Assembly (NCBI GenBank): GCA_965644315.1
Contig: CBFFRQ010000095.1
Location: 182,014-246,013 of the forward strand
Reading direction: 5' to 3'
DNA: 64,000 nucleotides
DNA from: Caecitellus pseudoparvulus
Lineage: Eukaryota; Protista; Bigyra: Bicosoecida
Below the pieces are notes generated by a model. The model did no database searches, was not told where the DNA came from, and was given only the letters and a program-made list of their open reading frames with translations. Both the position numbers and the translations under genes were made by a program. Positions 1 to 13,071 of this stretch are shown one piece after another (the first letter of the stretch is position 1; each line of letters starts with the position of its first letter).

Positions 1-307
1 GCCATCCAGCAGGCTGCTCGCGCACATCTATCAACTGGCAAGAGTGAGAACGTGCACGCATCAAACCACCTGAGCGACGAGGCCCCAGACGGAGCAGATC
101 GCGGGCGGTGAAATGTGCTGACCACTGGGCAGTTTCGCGACGTGCTATTCATTGCTAGGGTGAGCTGCAGCACCTTCCAGCTCGTGCGGTCTTGAAGATC
201 CTCAGCTCGCTCAACACACTTGAGGCGAAGGGTGTCCGGCGCTCGCCTAGGTCAGGTGCGACGCCACCCCGCTCCAAAGCAGCTGAGTAGCACACAGTGC
301 AGGCACG

Positions 308-832
308 TCAGTGGTCACTGGCATCAAGGATGATCTCCAACTCTGCCTTCAGCTGCTCCATCTTCAGGCCGAGACTGCGGGTCAAGTCATCGCGCTGCTC
401 CTGCGGCAGTTTGGCCCGCAGCTCGTCGTACTGCGACAAGACCTGTTGCACTGATTCAATGGCATCTTCAATATCAGACGCATAGTATGATGTGCCTGCG
501 CTGTCATTTGCATCTTCAATGTCCGATCTTGCTTCGATGAACTGTGCAGGGGGCGCGTGGGGCGCGCGGCGTTTCGTCGGGGTTTCGGCCGCTTGCCCTC
601 CACGTCAGCGACGCACGCTGTCTTCCAGCTCCAGCTTGGCGCGGCGCAGCTCATCTGCATCCATGGCCACGATGGTACAGAAAGACTGCGTCAGGGCGCT
701 CGCTGCCACGGGCAGGCCTGGGAGGCTCTGCAGGGGAATCGTGAGTCCAGTCGCGCACACGAGAGCTGGTGTGGTCACCCTGCATGCTGCCACGAAAGCC
801 GCAGCACGTGCGGGAGCCCTGCTCAGCGCCAT
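308..832 (-). CDS. Small conserved helical protein, probably mitochondrial (resembles plant 'embryogenesis-like' proteins and fungal homologues); 2 exons, intron 542-616
   Basis: ATG 832, GTGCGT...GCACAG intron, TGA 308-310. The spliced product has an Arg/Ala-rich presequence-like N-terminus followed by FIEARSDIEDA...SYY...LTRSLGLKMEQLKAEL, matching the recalled family pattern FxEARxxIE...R(S)MGLKIEQLKAEL. Confidence 0.65.
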
Positions 833-1028
833 GGTGTAGCAAGCGATTTTTTCTCTGGGCAGCATGTCAAGCTGCTTTTTTCTGCCAGAAATCCGCTGCG
901 CGTGGAGTTTGGCCGTCGAAGACCACTGGACATCAACACACGGCCATTACAGGCGCTTCCCGCGGTTGAGTTTGGGGACTGCCTCGAGCAACACACCGTT
1001 CTCGAACACAGCCACATATTCGGACGGT

Positions 1029-2176
1029 TCAGTCCAAGCTGAATGTGCGGATCGGGTCAGGGCCCTGCTCTTCCTCCACACCTGGGCGCTCAGCCATCCC
1101 TCGCAGACGCCCGGCACGCACGTCGTGGGCTTGGGCCTGCTGCTTCAAACGCTCGTACGCTTGGCGCAGGTGCTGCACGGACAGTGGCGCCTCTTGCATC
1201 GCCTCAGGGGACTGCGCCCGGGCAGCTAGGGGTGGTGGAGGTGGCGGTGTGGCGGGGGAGCGGAGCTTGGAGGGGCCTGTGGGCTGGGCCAGCGGTGGGC
1301 GCGATGATACATCGCGTGGAGGAGCCCGCTCCTCACCGCAGGGCGACAGACGTTTTGCCTTCTCGCGAAGTTTCGCGCCCTCTCCTTTGCGGCGGCATTT
1401 GCGCCGTCGAGGCAGCTGCCGAGAGAGGGCAGGTGCTGCCGCAGCCTGGCGGCTTGAGGCCGCAGGCGGCTTGGCTGGCGCAGTGGAAGAAGATGCGGCA
1501 CTGGGGTGACGGGCCTTGCGCCGCGCAGCTAGGCGCCCGCCGTATCGGCGTGTGGCTGCCTTGGGCGTGGCTGCTTCTGACGTGTGTTGAGCGGGTTTGC
1601 AGCGGGGTTGCGCCAGGCGGCTGGCCTGGGCACGCTGGGAAGCATGTGAAGGGTGGGGGGTGCCACTGCCCTGCACACGCCTGGGTTGGCGTTGCTGGGC
1701 CTGCGCGGCCTCTGCTGGCTGCGGGGGCGCGCTTGGTGACTTCACGCTGCGCCGCAACGCAGCACACTCGGCCTGTGACCGGCTGAGCGCCAGGGACGTA
1801 GCCGCAAGCTCCTCCTTCACATCCCTCAACTCACCCTTCAACTGGAGCACTTGCATCTGCATAGGGCACAGGTGGCAAGGGCTGCTCTGCAGTTGCAAAG
1901 GGAGCGGAAGGCGCTGGTGCAGCTCACGTTTGCGCGTGCCAGGCTTGCTGGGTCTGACAGCTGCGATGACAGGTGCCGCACCATGGACAGCTGGGCAGCC
2001 AACTTGGCGTTCCATGCCTGCTCGTGCTCGTTGATGAGCTGTTTGGCCAGGCGCATCAGGTCTTGCGTGCCCTGAGCCAGCAGGCGTTTCACACTGGCGG
2101 ATTCACGATCAACCGCTCGCTGGCTGCGCTCCAACTGGCGAAACAGAGCAGCAGCTTGGTGAACGGAAGAAGTCAT
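1029..2176 (-). CDS. Hypothetical coiled-coil protein with basic low-complexity C-terminus; intron 1857-1927
   Basis: ATG 2176. A GTGAGC...ATGCAG intron joins ORFs 1838-2251 and 1029-2015 in frame. The N-terminal half has a heptad pattern. The 3' end is uncertain. Confidence 0.55.
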
Positions 2177-2484
2177 TGTCGTGGACGTACAGGCCAGGGC
2201 TCTTGGTCTGTCCCCGTGGATCCCCGAAAGCGGCGTGGCGTGGAGCTTCAAACAAGCTTGGCTCGCAGTTTACAAGGGGTGCGAGTTGGCGTGCCCGGAG
2301 CAGCCTGTACGCGTGCTTTCCAACGCTTGACAAAACAAACTCCTCCAACGCTTCACCTTAAGGGTCTTGAGCACCGCGGTTGGGACCTTGCTGTTTGTTT
2401 TGACACCTCACGCGTGTCTCCAAGCCAGCACTAGCGTTACGGGTGAAACGCTCCGCTTTTGCTTGCTGCCTGCTTTGCAGCAGC

Positions 2485-5400
2485 ATGGCGTCGCCCGCTG
2501 ACACCCTAGCGCGCGTGCGCGATGCAAGGCGGTGTACAGACGACGATATGCATGCTCTCGCGGCGGCAGACAGAACCGCCCTTCGTGCAGCGCAAGCGGA
2601 GCTGGTCCTGGACAGCAGAGGGCTGACAGCGCTGAAAGTCATCCTGGCCTCCAAGCCGCCTCTGGCTGTGGCGCGGGACACAGTCACGTGAGGCTGCCGC
2701 GCTGCCTTGTCATACATGCACTGCCCACTCTTCTGCACTCCCCTCGACGAGCACAGGACGATGCTGCAAGCGCTGCTGGCCGGCGAGGGCGCCGTGCCTG
2801 GCCAGGTGACTGGCGTGCTCACCTCCTTCCTGCACGCCGTGGCGGCACCGCACCCACTGGCCAGCATGGCCTTCCACATTGGACAAGACGTCATCCAGGC
2901 CGCCCTGGCACTGCCCAGGCTGGCTGGTGGCGTGCAGGGTGCACCACCCCACACCCCGACCTGGCTCCCACACGGCATTTCGCTGCTGTCCGCTGCGCTG
3001 ACGGCTCTGGACTCACCCGAGGCGCTGCCTGACCCCAGACACGCCGAGGCACTGCCCACTACGGCGGAAACGCTCCGTCTGCACCTTGTGTCTGCGCTGC
3101 TGGGGGGGGGGGCCTCATCCCCTGCGGCGCCCCACCCCGCCGTGCTGCATGCAGTGTTGGAGCTCCTCGCGTCACTAGGCACGAGTGTGCCCCCCTCCAT
3201 GCCGCTGCTCGCTCTGAGCAGTGCCGCCAAGGGGGTGTGTCGTCGGGAGTTCCCCGCCACGGACGTGCCGGGGGTTGTGCACGCTGTACTGACACTGGCC
3301 AGGGCGTGTGCGCCACCAGCGCAAATTGGGCGGGGTGCGCCCAGTTCAGACATGGCAGCGTTGTTGGGAGGGGGCGGCACACGCCAGTCATCTCGAAAAC
3401 AGTCATCCCTCCCTGCACCCGCTGTGCGAGCTGTGACCAAGCACTTGACGCGCCACGCGCTGCAAGTGTGTTGGTGGGTGCTGACGTCACTCGTGAACCG
3501 CCCAGACACACACCCCGCCAGCACCCTACCCCACGCCGCCACAGCCCTCGTAGCCATGGCAGTGGCCTGCCAGCACCAGCCGGCTCTCGCAGGGGCTGCA
3601 GATACCCTGCGGAGCGCCAAGGCAGGCGCCCCACACAGCCCACCACCCCCGACGCCGGGCAAGCCCTATCCAGGCCACAAACTGCTGTCCGCCCCCCGAC
3701 AACTGGACACCATGGCCATCGCGTCAGGACTGATGGGGGGGCGGGAGTCTGTGCAGGCGACCTGCAGGCACATCAGCGCTGCATTGCTGCGCAGTGCAGA
3801 GTCAGCGACCGGCGTGTCGGCGGCGTTGCTGCGAATGTGCAAGTGGTCGGAAGCGGCATGGCACACCTTTGCCCCACCCCTGACGCAGGTGGCGCTGAGC
3901 CTGCTCAGCCACCGACCGGCACCTTCTTCCCTGGCTTCAGCACGGGGCTCTCAACCAGGCGTCGGCGACATCGTGCTGCCAGCGCACATGGAGTGGTGGG
4001 CGCGGCAACCCGCGAAACGCCTGACAGTGGGCGCAAGCCTCGGAGCGAAGGGTACACCGCCGTGCCCCCCTGCGACGGCTCTGCCCACCTGGGCACTTCC
4101 CTGGCTTGCTGCCGCACAGGGCAGCGGGGACGCGCTGGTGCCGTGGGATGGCCTGGCCTGGGATGGGGCGGCAGCAGGGTGGGGTGTGGCCGGTAGCGGC
4201 GATACGTCGCCGGAAGAGTGGTGCCAAGCACTGGCAAGCCGGGCACGCACAGCACTCCAGGGACATAGGCGGTCATGGATGGGTACTGGGGGAGTGCAGG
4301 GAGAAGGTGGTGCGGACGAGGTGGGCCAGCCTGGGCCGGGTGCCGTGGGGCTCGGGGTGACGGACGTGCCCGCTGGCCACTTCCCTATGCTGGGACTGTC
4401 CCAAGCCCAGGAAGCCGCTCCACAAGCATTCCTGCACGTGTCAGCGACAGCTCAGGCCCAAGCGCCTTGGTTGCGGTGTGCCGCCTTCGGCAGCACCATG
4501 CTCCATCGTCTTGTGCTGGGTGCACCCGCCACTGCGGAAAGCGCTCTGAGCGGAATCCTCACCAGTGTGTCCGCAGGCAAGCCCGGCTGCCCAGAGCAAG
4601 TCGTGACGCTGGCAAGCATACTCAGACAAGCCCCGCTCGCCATTCTCGGCGGCAGCAGTGCCGACGTGCTGCCTGCACAGCAAGGCGTTGCATTGAGCTT
4701 GTCCCAGGCGCTGCCGCCGTCCCACACCGTGGCGCAATCGCAAGGGGCGCTGGCGACCCCCGCAGCGGCCAGCCGTATCGCAGAGCAGCTCATGCACATG
4801 GTAGAGCTTGCACTGCAGCAGACACCCGATGTCTGTGCCGCCCTCACAGGCGCGTTGGCGCCGATGCTGGAGCTTGGCTTGCACTCTGCAACCCTGGCAA
4901 CTGGGGCAGCTGCAGCGGGCGGGGCAAGCTTCCCAGCCGGTCGCAGCGGCGCCGCAGAGCTCGCGCGCAGCGTTTTGGATAGGTTTGACCTGTTGACGCG
5001 CAAGGCGGGAGTGCACCGCAGCGCCCTGCTGCGCGTGAACGCTGTGCAGTGCACTCACCTCCGCCTGCGCTGCCTGCTCGGGTGCGCCATGCAGCAGGCA
5101 GCTCATGCGGCAGGTGCACTTCAAACGTCTCAGGACGGCATCGATTTTGCGTCCAGTCAGGCTGTGTCTCTCTCTCGGCCACCCTGGTTGGCTGCTGCCG
5201 CGCTGGAGTCCGCTGGTGTGCTGCAGCGTTCAGCTGCCCAGCAACTGCATGTGCGCGTGGCTGTGCACGACGGAGTCGTGGCGCTCGCCCTCGACATTGC
5301 CAGTGCAGCTCGACGCATTTCCAGCGAGGGCGCTGCGGGTCTGTCCCGAGGCAGCATCCCTCTCCTGGCTTGCATTGTGACACACCTGGACGCTGTGGTT

Positions 5401-8400
5401 GCTGCACGCTTGCTGCCGTGCGCACCGGCCTTGCGCAAGGGCAGCCGGGGGCCCAGGACCAGAACAGTCGTGCATGGCATGGAAGGCACAGTGGACACCA
5501 CCCCTCGCCCGCTGGACGTGGGGGGCGCCGTGTCTGCCACGGGCACTGTCATGGAGCCCCTGCCTAGCCTGCTGCGCGCGGCGTTTGCAGTGGCCTGTGC
5601 TGTGGAGAGCCTCATTGACGCCTGTGCCCACGGCGGCATGTGCAGCCTAGACTGTGTCGCGCGCGAGTCTTCCATTGCTGACGCCTTGCAGGAGCCAGGG
5701 GCCGGAGCCGGCTCCCCCGGCAAGCGCCAGCGCAGCCTGGCCGACGAGCTTGGCGCAACCAGGCAGCACAGCCCTGCTCTGCGTGGCCTGGGCCTGACGT
5801 CCATCGTCTGTAGCCAGCAGGCTCTGCTGGGTCTTGCCCGCTCCGTGGCGGCCGCATCCCTGGAGGGTGTCGGCGCCCCAACTCCGCACTCGTGCCCGCC
5901 AACTCACGTACCGCCCAGCACGCGACCTACCACCCTGGCCCCCATGCGGGCCCGCTCGGAGCTCATGTTCGCCACGTCTGCCGCCTTACTGGACGGCGTG
6001 TTCATGCTTCTTGCACGCGTGGCCGGTGGCGTGAAGAAGCTTGCTCGGGCGCCTGCCCTGCTGCCTGTAGTGGGCGGCCTGCTTGGCCACCACTCCGCTG
6101 CGGCTGCAGCCGCAGCGGAGTGCAAGGCCAGCTTCACAAAGAAGTCGAAGGCTAGCAAGGCCCAGCGGGGGACGGGCAGTGGGGTAGGCTCCGACGCTGA
6201 CAGTGTCGGAACACGCCCCACCGCTGCAGCTGACGAGGTTGCCTCAATTGCTTCAGCACGGACAGGGGCCACAACCAGCAGTGCAGGGGCGCCAGAAGGC
6301 GGCTGCAGCCTGCCACTTTCATGCCAAGTGCTGCACCCTGCGACAGTCCTTGGACTGCTGCAGAGCGACGTGCTCGCGTCCCCCGCCGCGAGGCAGGCTA
6401 GCTTGGCGTCTGCTGGCGACGGGCTCATGCCACTGCGATTGGCCATGGCCGCCCTCCAGGCGCATGTGGATGCACGGAGCAGGAACACTGACTCCACTCT
6501 GCAGGCCTGCACTGCTGTTGGGCCATTGAGTGCGCCCGAGTTGGACTGTGCGGACGCGTTGCTGCGCCGCACATGCCAAACTGCTCTGCGGCATGAGTCC
6601 ATCCTATTGGAGGCTGCGTTCTGGCAGCCAGCCCACTTGGATGCCAGGCATGCAACCCATACGTCCCTGGTGTGTGCCGCGGGTGTCCCTGGCCTGCACG
6701 CTGCCTGGGCCTCAGCGGTTGCGGGGGACGCCGCGAGCCAATCTCCGCTCCCAGCATCGTCGCCTTTGGAGCCCTCGCAGCCTGCTGTGCTGCTCACGGC
6801 GTCTGCGTGGACGGCATGCCACATCATGCCAGTGCTGGAGCTGGGGCAGGAGTCGGCGTGGTCCATCCTCAGCCTGGCCCTTGAAGTCGAACAGGCACGC
6901 GCAGTGTCAGCATGTGAAGCGGCGCTCGTCAGCACTGCCTTGCTGGCCTGCGCCCACTGCAGCATTGCATCCGTGACCCAGCACCCTGAAGGTCAAACGC
7001 CTTCCAAGCGCCCGCGACTGCTTCCGGATTCCCTGGAGGACAGCCTGAGCGCCCCGCCGTCACATGCCAGCGGCGCGGCTCCCTCCGATTGGCCTGAGCA
7101 GTCCATCACAGCGACACTGCTACGCAGCGCACAGAGACTGCTGTCCAAGGCCCAAAGCGGCCTGCTGGACAAGCAGGCGACAACTGTCAGCATGGCGGTG
7201 GCGGGGCTGGCCGGACTGCAGGCGTGTGCCGTGTGCCCTGCCGTGGCGCAAGCTCGAGCAGACCTGCTGGCGGAGCTGGCAGAGGCGGGCGAGCACGCCG
7301 CACCCGGGTCATCGACGCCCTCACAAAGCACGCAAGGGGTGCGGGCTGCCGCCCCCCACCTCCTCTCCCACCTCACCACGCAGACCTTGCTGCGCATGCT
7401 GGCGAGCTGGGCACACACGCAGCAGGAAGTCAGCGCCTGCAAGGCTCCGCAGGCCTCTCAAGCGGCAGAGCAAGCACTGGGAGCGATGTGGGAAGCCCCG
7501 CTGGGGTACGCCATCCGCGTCGCGAGGCGGTCCTGCCACAAGTGGGTGGTGGACGCTGACGCGCCAGAGAGTCTGTCCTTCCTGGAAACTGCCACACCCA
7601 AGGTGCCCGTGGCCCTGTCAACACCCGAGCTGCTGTCCGCCATTCTGGAGGCGATCAAGTCTTGCTGCGGCCATTTGCACACGCGCGTTTTGCAAGGGCT
7701 CCAGGAGGTGCAGCGTGGGGCGAGCGTGCGCGGCCTGCACTCCCTCGTGCAGCATGCAGGTCGCATGGAGCTCGCCGGGCAAGGCGAACGACTGTGCCCT
7801 TGGAGTGAGAGCTTTGAAGAGGGCACGCAGAGCGCAGCGCAGGACGACTTGTGCTTGGAACTGACTGTGCTGGTCGTGTATTGCGCTGCCATCACACGCG
7901 TGCAGATGCCGTGGCAGCAGTTCCAGTTGCTGTTGGGCGCCATCGGGGAGGCATACGCCGCAGCCCACGACCTGGTTGTCTCGGTGCAGTATCTCATGGT
8001 TGCTAGCCAGGAGTTCTACATCCCCGAGGCCATCCTCGCCCTGCTCCGCACGCTGTATCGTGTGCTGCAGCCCATCGTCTTCCAGGTGCTCCCAGCCGAC
8101 CAGGTGAACCAGAGCCGGACTGCCGCCAAGTCCCTGCACCGCAGCTCTGCGCAGGAGGGCGGAAAGGCAGATGCCACGGCAGCTCGCATCCAGAAGCGCA
8201 TGAAGGCGCGGGCGGACTCTGAGCGCCGTATCGTCCCTCGCCTCATCGCGCACATGGCAAAGCTGGATTCCGTTGCAGTTGACTTGGCCACGGCAGTGTA
8301 CATCGCCCAGCACGACGGCCGCGCGCCGCCCAAAGACGACGCCCAGGGCGCGCGCGTCGTGGCATTTGCATTTGGAGACTGGTTCAAGCGCGCGGTGAAC

Positions 8401-8520
8401 CGCGACTTCCGCCTCAAGCTGGATGAAATTCGCACTGCCGTCTCTGCAGCACACCCCCAAGCTTCCGCGAGCACGGGCGCCACAGGGTCCGTCATTCCCC
8501 CTTCTGGAGCATTTGACTGA
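2485..8520 (+). CDS. FANCI: Highly diverged Fanconi anemia group I protein; intron 2688-2756
   Basis: LTRKAGVHR...RVNAV, then an SQ cluster (TSQDG..SSQAV) and LESAGVLQRSAAQQLHVRVAVHDG, parallels FANCI LRKAMF...SQ cluster...LEI...LRRCLSQQADVRLMLYEG. The C-terminal IVPRLI...KRAVNRDFRLK matches FANCI IPNLI...STSRDFKIK. Confidence 0.7.
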
Positions 8521-8656
8521 CACCTGAAATGCAAGTGCCAGTGGAGTTCTCCCCCATTTATGCAGTGCTGGCACTGAGCGATGCTGTTGAGGAGATTGAT
8601 GGCGGCGTGTGAGCCTGCACAACGGCGTTTCTCCCACGCTACCTGGCACACAGGCC

Positions 8657-11237
8657 ATGTCGCAGCTGATTCGAATTGAAGAAAGCGCTCATGTGAGCGA
8701 AGGCTTGATGTATCTCGTGTGCAGGGGCACGGTGTTTCACCTTGCACTCCCAACCCCTGTTTCAGGCCGGCGTGCCGGGTGCGGCTGCGTCGTTGGAGCT
8801 GGAAACGCAGCACGGTCAGCCTGCCTCTGGCAGCTACCCAGGGCGGCGCTACCGCGTTGACGAAGAAGCGGAGGGTGAGTTGATGAGCTGGGAGGGATCG
8901 CTTTGTCATGAATTGCAGCCTGCTGGCGGGATCGTCGTGTGCTTGGCTGGCAGGCAACGAAGTGGCAAGTCCAGCCTGCTCAACCACCTGGCGGAATCTC
9001 TGCAACGAGAGCCGGCGCAGTCAGAGGCAGGAACTCCCAGCGCAGAGAGCAAAGAGGCTGCATGCCGGACTAGGCAGTGCTTTTCTGTGGGGCATTCCCA
9101 CGATGCATGCACCCATGGTGTGTGGGTGTGTCCGACGCCGGCTGGTGTGGTGCTGGGCGATGTTGAGGGAACCGACTCTGTGACGCATCCCTCTCAGGCT
9201 CTATTTTTCTCGGCAGCAGCTGTGCTCTTGTCTGACGTATTTCTGTACCAAAGCTCGACAACCCTCACGCGCAGCACGCTGGACGAGTTTGCCAGCATCG
9301 CTGTGCTGGCGGCACGGGTTGGCGGCGGGTCCGACGCACACCTGCCAAAGCCGGCCTTGCTGTGGCTCGTGCGGGATGACCACCTTGACGGGACTTGCCA
9401 GCACGTGCTAGAGGCGCTGCGCTCCCTCCCAGACAAGGTCGGACGAGCTGTCAGCGAGGCGTTCTGCTCGGTTGATGTCGCCACGTTGCCCCACCCGGGC
9501 CAGGTGCGGCACGGCCAACACTCCTTCCTCCAAACAACATCGCAAGGCTACAAACAGGCGGTCGGTGCTCTTGCTGACAGGCTGGTGCGCCTTCGGGCTG
9601 ACAGCGAACGAAGGCAGTGGAGGGAAGACAGGGGATTGGGGCTGGACCAGTCCTTGGCTGGTCTTGCCGGGCTGGTGGCACGGTTCAATGCTGGAGGGGA
9701 AGTGTTCCGGGCAGTGGAGAGCATCCCGCCGTACTCCGAGCTACTGCAGGAAGCCCTGGCGGGGCGCCTCTTGCGCCAAGCGTGTCACCTCTACTGTACC
9801 GAGATGCAGGGGAGGTTGAGGGCCATGACTGCGCTGGGCCAGCTGGAAGGTGGCACTGCGCTGTGGCGCGCTCACGAGGAATGTGTAGGTCTGGCCGAGC
9901 AATATGTCCAATGTCAGTGCCATGAGAGCCCTGCAGTGGCCTCTGCAACCGACTCCATTGCTTCCTTTTCCAGCGACGTGTGCAAGGAGTTGCAAAGCCA
10001 GCTGATACAAACTGAGCGGACTGTGACAGCGAGGGGCGAGATCGTCACTCGGGTTGTGGGCGGCCACCTCTCGAACTTTGTGCGGCAGCTTGCCACATGC
10101 AGGGATGCCCAACAGGCCCACAACAGAGAGCGGGCATTGCAAGACCTGTCAGTGTGCTTGGCCAAGCGTGGGGCAACTGGCTGTGCGGACTGGGCAGAGG
10201 CCTGGGCTGGTCGAGCTGGCACCGCGTTCGTCGCTGTATCGGTGGCTGAGCACCTCGTCGCGCGCCAGCAATCGGCTTGCCAAGAAGCTATGGAAGCTCT
10301 GCACAATGCCTTGACACGGGCCCTCTTGGACGCGTCCGCAAGGATGGAAAAGCTGGAGGCAAGCGCGGTGGAGCTTGCTGAGGCGACGCTCGAACGAGCT
10401 CGGGCGGCATCGCGTGCTCAGATGTCTGCGATGAGGAGGCAGCTTGCCAGGACATGCGCAGCACGGCAGGCAGAGACTGAAGCGCGCCTAGGAGCTCTTG
10501 ATTCGGCGATCCACCAGCTGGAAGGCAGGGCCTTGGGTCGGTACAGAGCACAAGCCAAAGCGCTGCAGCAAGCGGTGCACATCCTTGGACGACAAGAAGC
10601 TGCCCAATTGCGCATGGCCCACTCCCTCGCTGCCACCGTTCGGCGGCTTGAAAGCATGAAGTACGCCATGTCTGTCCAGGCAAACAAGGTCGCCCAGCAG
10701 CTCCAGCGCTTGCACCGCCAGGCTCTGCAAGTGACCGCCAGCCTCCGACAGAGCGTGTTGGACGAAGGCCGAGCAACCCTGCAGCTCGTGCGAGCGGTCA
10801 CTGCACAGGTGGAGGGGCGACTCCGCTCTTGTGTGCAAGCGCAGCGGCTGAACAGGACAGGGGTCCTTGCGTTGATTAAGACAGTGCTCCAGCAAGGCGA
10901 GCTGCTACGGGAAGTTGCATCTGCTGCGACTTCCCGGTTTCAACCCACGGCCAAGCCCCGCGCTGAGTCCACGCTGCGGGTTTCAGCACAGCAGCCGGCA
11001 CACGAAACGCTCGAGACTCTGCAAGTCATGGGCAGAGCAATTGCATTCGCTATGTCCACTGCCGAGCACGCCTTGGCAGCGGCTGAAGACAGCGCCCAGC
11101 AAAGTGTGGCAGCTAGGGGTGCGGCGGTCGAGACTCGGGAGTCCCTGCGGCGCGCAGCTATAGCGCTGCGAAGCCGCATTGATGATGTCTGGCATGCACT
11201 ACAAGACACCGTCGTGGTGCTGCAGCCCGGTGTGTAG
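8657..11237 (+). CDS. Guanylate-binding protein (GBP)/atlastin-family GTPase with long coiled-coil C-terminus; intron 8693-8765
   Basis: P-loop GRQRSGKSSLLN, FSVGH..ACTHGVWV (G2), LGDVEG (G3) and LLWLVRD (G4, the RD motif of the GBP family), followed by about 450 aa of helical/coiled-coil sequence. Confidence 0.85.
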
Positions 11238-11253
11238 GGAGTGCACCTACCGC

Positions 11254-13071
11254 TCAAGACCCGAAGAGGCTTGGGAGCGCCGTCAAGCCCTGCTCTGCGT
11301 CCCTTGCCAGAGCACACAGCCACCCGAACGCAGGGCTGTGCGCACACTGGTCAAGTGGAAACACAGCACTGGCAGCAGTCAAGGCAAAGAGCGCGAGGGT
11401 GGCAACGGCCAGGAGCATGGCTGTACTTTGGAGCAGAATCAGGGCGGCCCGCAGCGGCGCAAGGAACAGGCAGATCTGCACCCATACTAGCCCCAGCAAG
11501 AACAGGCCCAGACCCGACTCGGTCGAGTGCTCCGAAGCGGCGCACGAGTGTACTCCAGTGGTCGACTGCCGCACCTGCAGCACTTGCAGGTCCACTAGGG
11601 CAGGCGGGTCGTGGAACAGTGACGCGCCCTGCGCCGCAGACTGCAGAGTCGGCCAGCCCACTGCCGTGTACACATGGCCCAGGTCCTGAAGCGCCGATTG
11701 GGTTGTGAGCAGAGCACGCTCCCACCAGGAAGGGGCTGCCGGGTCAAAGGGGCTGCCGCGGGCGTCCCCCCACCTCGTGTGGCACAGCACGTCCTGGGCA
11801 CGCTGCCCCGCCACCACCTCTGCCCGGGAGTAATACCCCACTGGCCTCTCCTCACCTTCCTCCTCCTCATCGCTGTGCGAGACAGGGGAGTCCTGTGCGT
11901 CGACTGGAGCAGGCTCAGAATCAGGGGGGGCGTGGTCCGCACTGTTCTGGTCCTCAGCGCCCCCCTCACCCCCCCGACGGCCCCACACACGCTGCATGGG
12001 GCGCGGAGACCGCCACGTGCGCTGCATCTTGCCCTTGGCTGTGGGACTGCCAACCGAGTCCCCCGAGCGCGATCGTGCGTGCATGCCTGCGGCCTGGCGC
12101 ACGTCCTGCAGCACGGCTGGCACGGAGGCAGGGAGCTTGGCAGCGACCACAGCGGTGGCGAGCCACGTGGGGGGGCACTGCCACAGCTCCGGCCACTGCA
12201 CCTGCAGCAGCTGCTGGTCCTCCTCTGGCGCCATGGTGAGCAGCGCAGTGGGGGGCGTGTCCCTGTACAGACCACTGGCCACTTGCAGGGTCTCCTGCAG
12301 CGACGCAGTGGAGGGCACGTCGCGCAGGGCGACGTGCAGCTCCCCGTCGTCCAGCACATTCTCCAGGGCGCGCTTGGCCCCCAGGACCATGGCAGCAGCG
12401 AGGTAGATGGGGGCGGTGGGGTGCCCCACCCCCAGCATCCAGTCCAGCAAGGGCGCGACACGCCACACCCGGTGCTCCACGTGGGTGAACCAGGTGATGA
12501 CCCAGGGCAGGGCGAAGATGGCGTTGCCGTGCACCGCCTGCAGGCCCACCATGAGCTTCTCGTCGCGAGTGCCCAGCAGGGGGAAGATGCAGCCCAGGAG
12601 GGACATGGTCACGTTCATGCTGGGGGCGCAGAACCCCCGGAGGGGGCCTGCAATCATGCGAGCCAGCGCTGGCTTGGCGCCGGCCTCGCCCAGCACCAGC
12701 ATGAGCACGGCTGCCACTGCGTGCAGGCCCTGGTAGTAGTGGAAGTCAGTGGCGGGGTCGTCGTGGAACTGCTGCAAGACGCTGTTCAGGATGACCTTGA
12801 GGCGGCCTTCCGCGTCTTCTCGCTGCTGCTGGCTCCAGTGAGGCACTTCGGGGAATGAGCGAGGCACGTCCAAGTCCAGCTGCCGCACATAGCTGTGCGA
12901 GAAAGCCGTCTCGGCGGCGTCCTCCGAATCAGGCGCAGAGCGGCCCACTTGAAGCAGCAGGGACCAGGCCTGCTCGCGCAGGTGGGGCGGGATGCCCCCT
13001 GGAGAGACGGCGAGGCTGCGGAGTGCAGTCAAGTGCACTGCACCTGCAGCAGCTCCGCTGTGTGTTTCCAT
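11254..13071 (-). CDS. TBC-domain Rab GTPase-activating protein, TBC1D20/Gyp8-like, with C-terminal TM segments
   Basis: LREQAWSLLL, Arg finger QLDLDVPRSF, Gln finger YYQGLHAV, FALPWVITWF, and a hydrophobic C-terminus. Confidence 0.85.
   Translation of the reverse strand: METHSGAAAGAVHLTALRSLAVSPGGIPPHLREQAWSLLLQVGRSAPDSEDAAETAFSHSYVRQLDLDVPRSFPEVPHWSQQQREDAEGRLKVILNSVLQQFHDDPATDFHYYQGLHAVAAVLMLVLGEAGAKPALARMIAGPLRGFCAPSMNVTMSLLGCIFPLLGTRDEKLMVGLQAVHGNAIFALPWVITWFTHVEHRVWRVAPLLDWMLGVGHPTAPIYLAAAMVLGAKRALENVLDDGELHVALRDVPSTASLQETLQVASGLYRDTPPTALLTMAPEEDQQLLQVQWPELWQCPPTWLATAVVAAKLPASVPAVLQDVRQAAGMHARSRSGDSVGSPTAKGKMQRTWRSPRPMQRVWGRRGGEGGAEDQNSADHAPPDSEPAPVDAQDSPVSHSDEEEEGEERPVGYYSRAEVVAGQRAQDVLCHTRWGDARGSPFDPAAPSWWERALLTTQSALQDLGHVYTAVGWPTLQSAAQGASLFHDPPALVDLQVLQVRQSTTGVHSCAASEHSTESGLGLFLLGLVWVQICLFLAPLRAALILLQSTAMLLAVATLALFALTAASAVFPLDQCAHSPAFGWLCALARDAEQGLTALPSLFGS

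Noticed and set aside
1-27. Possible minus-strand gene start (MCASSLLDG) running off the left edge
   Set aside because: Too short to support.
605-607. In-frame TGA codons (here and at 2689, 33549, 39179) as selenocysteine or an alternative genetic code
   Set aside because: Each is either removed or put out of frame by a canonical GT-AG intron; the standard code explains all gene models.
945-1100. Alternative-frame C-terminus (EPSEYVAVFENGVLLEAVPK) for the 1029-2176 gene
   Set aside because: It looks protein-like, but I could not identify a splice or frameshift that joins it to the gene.
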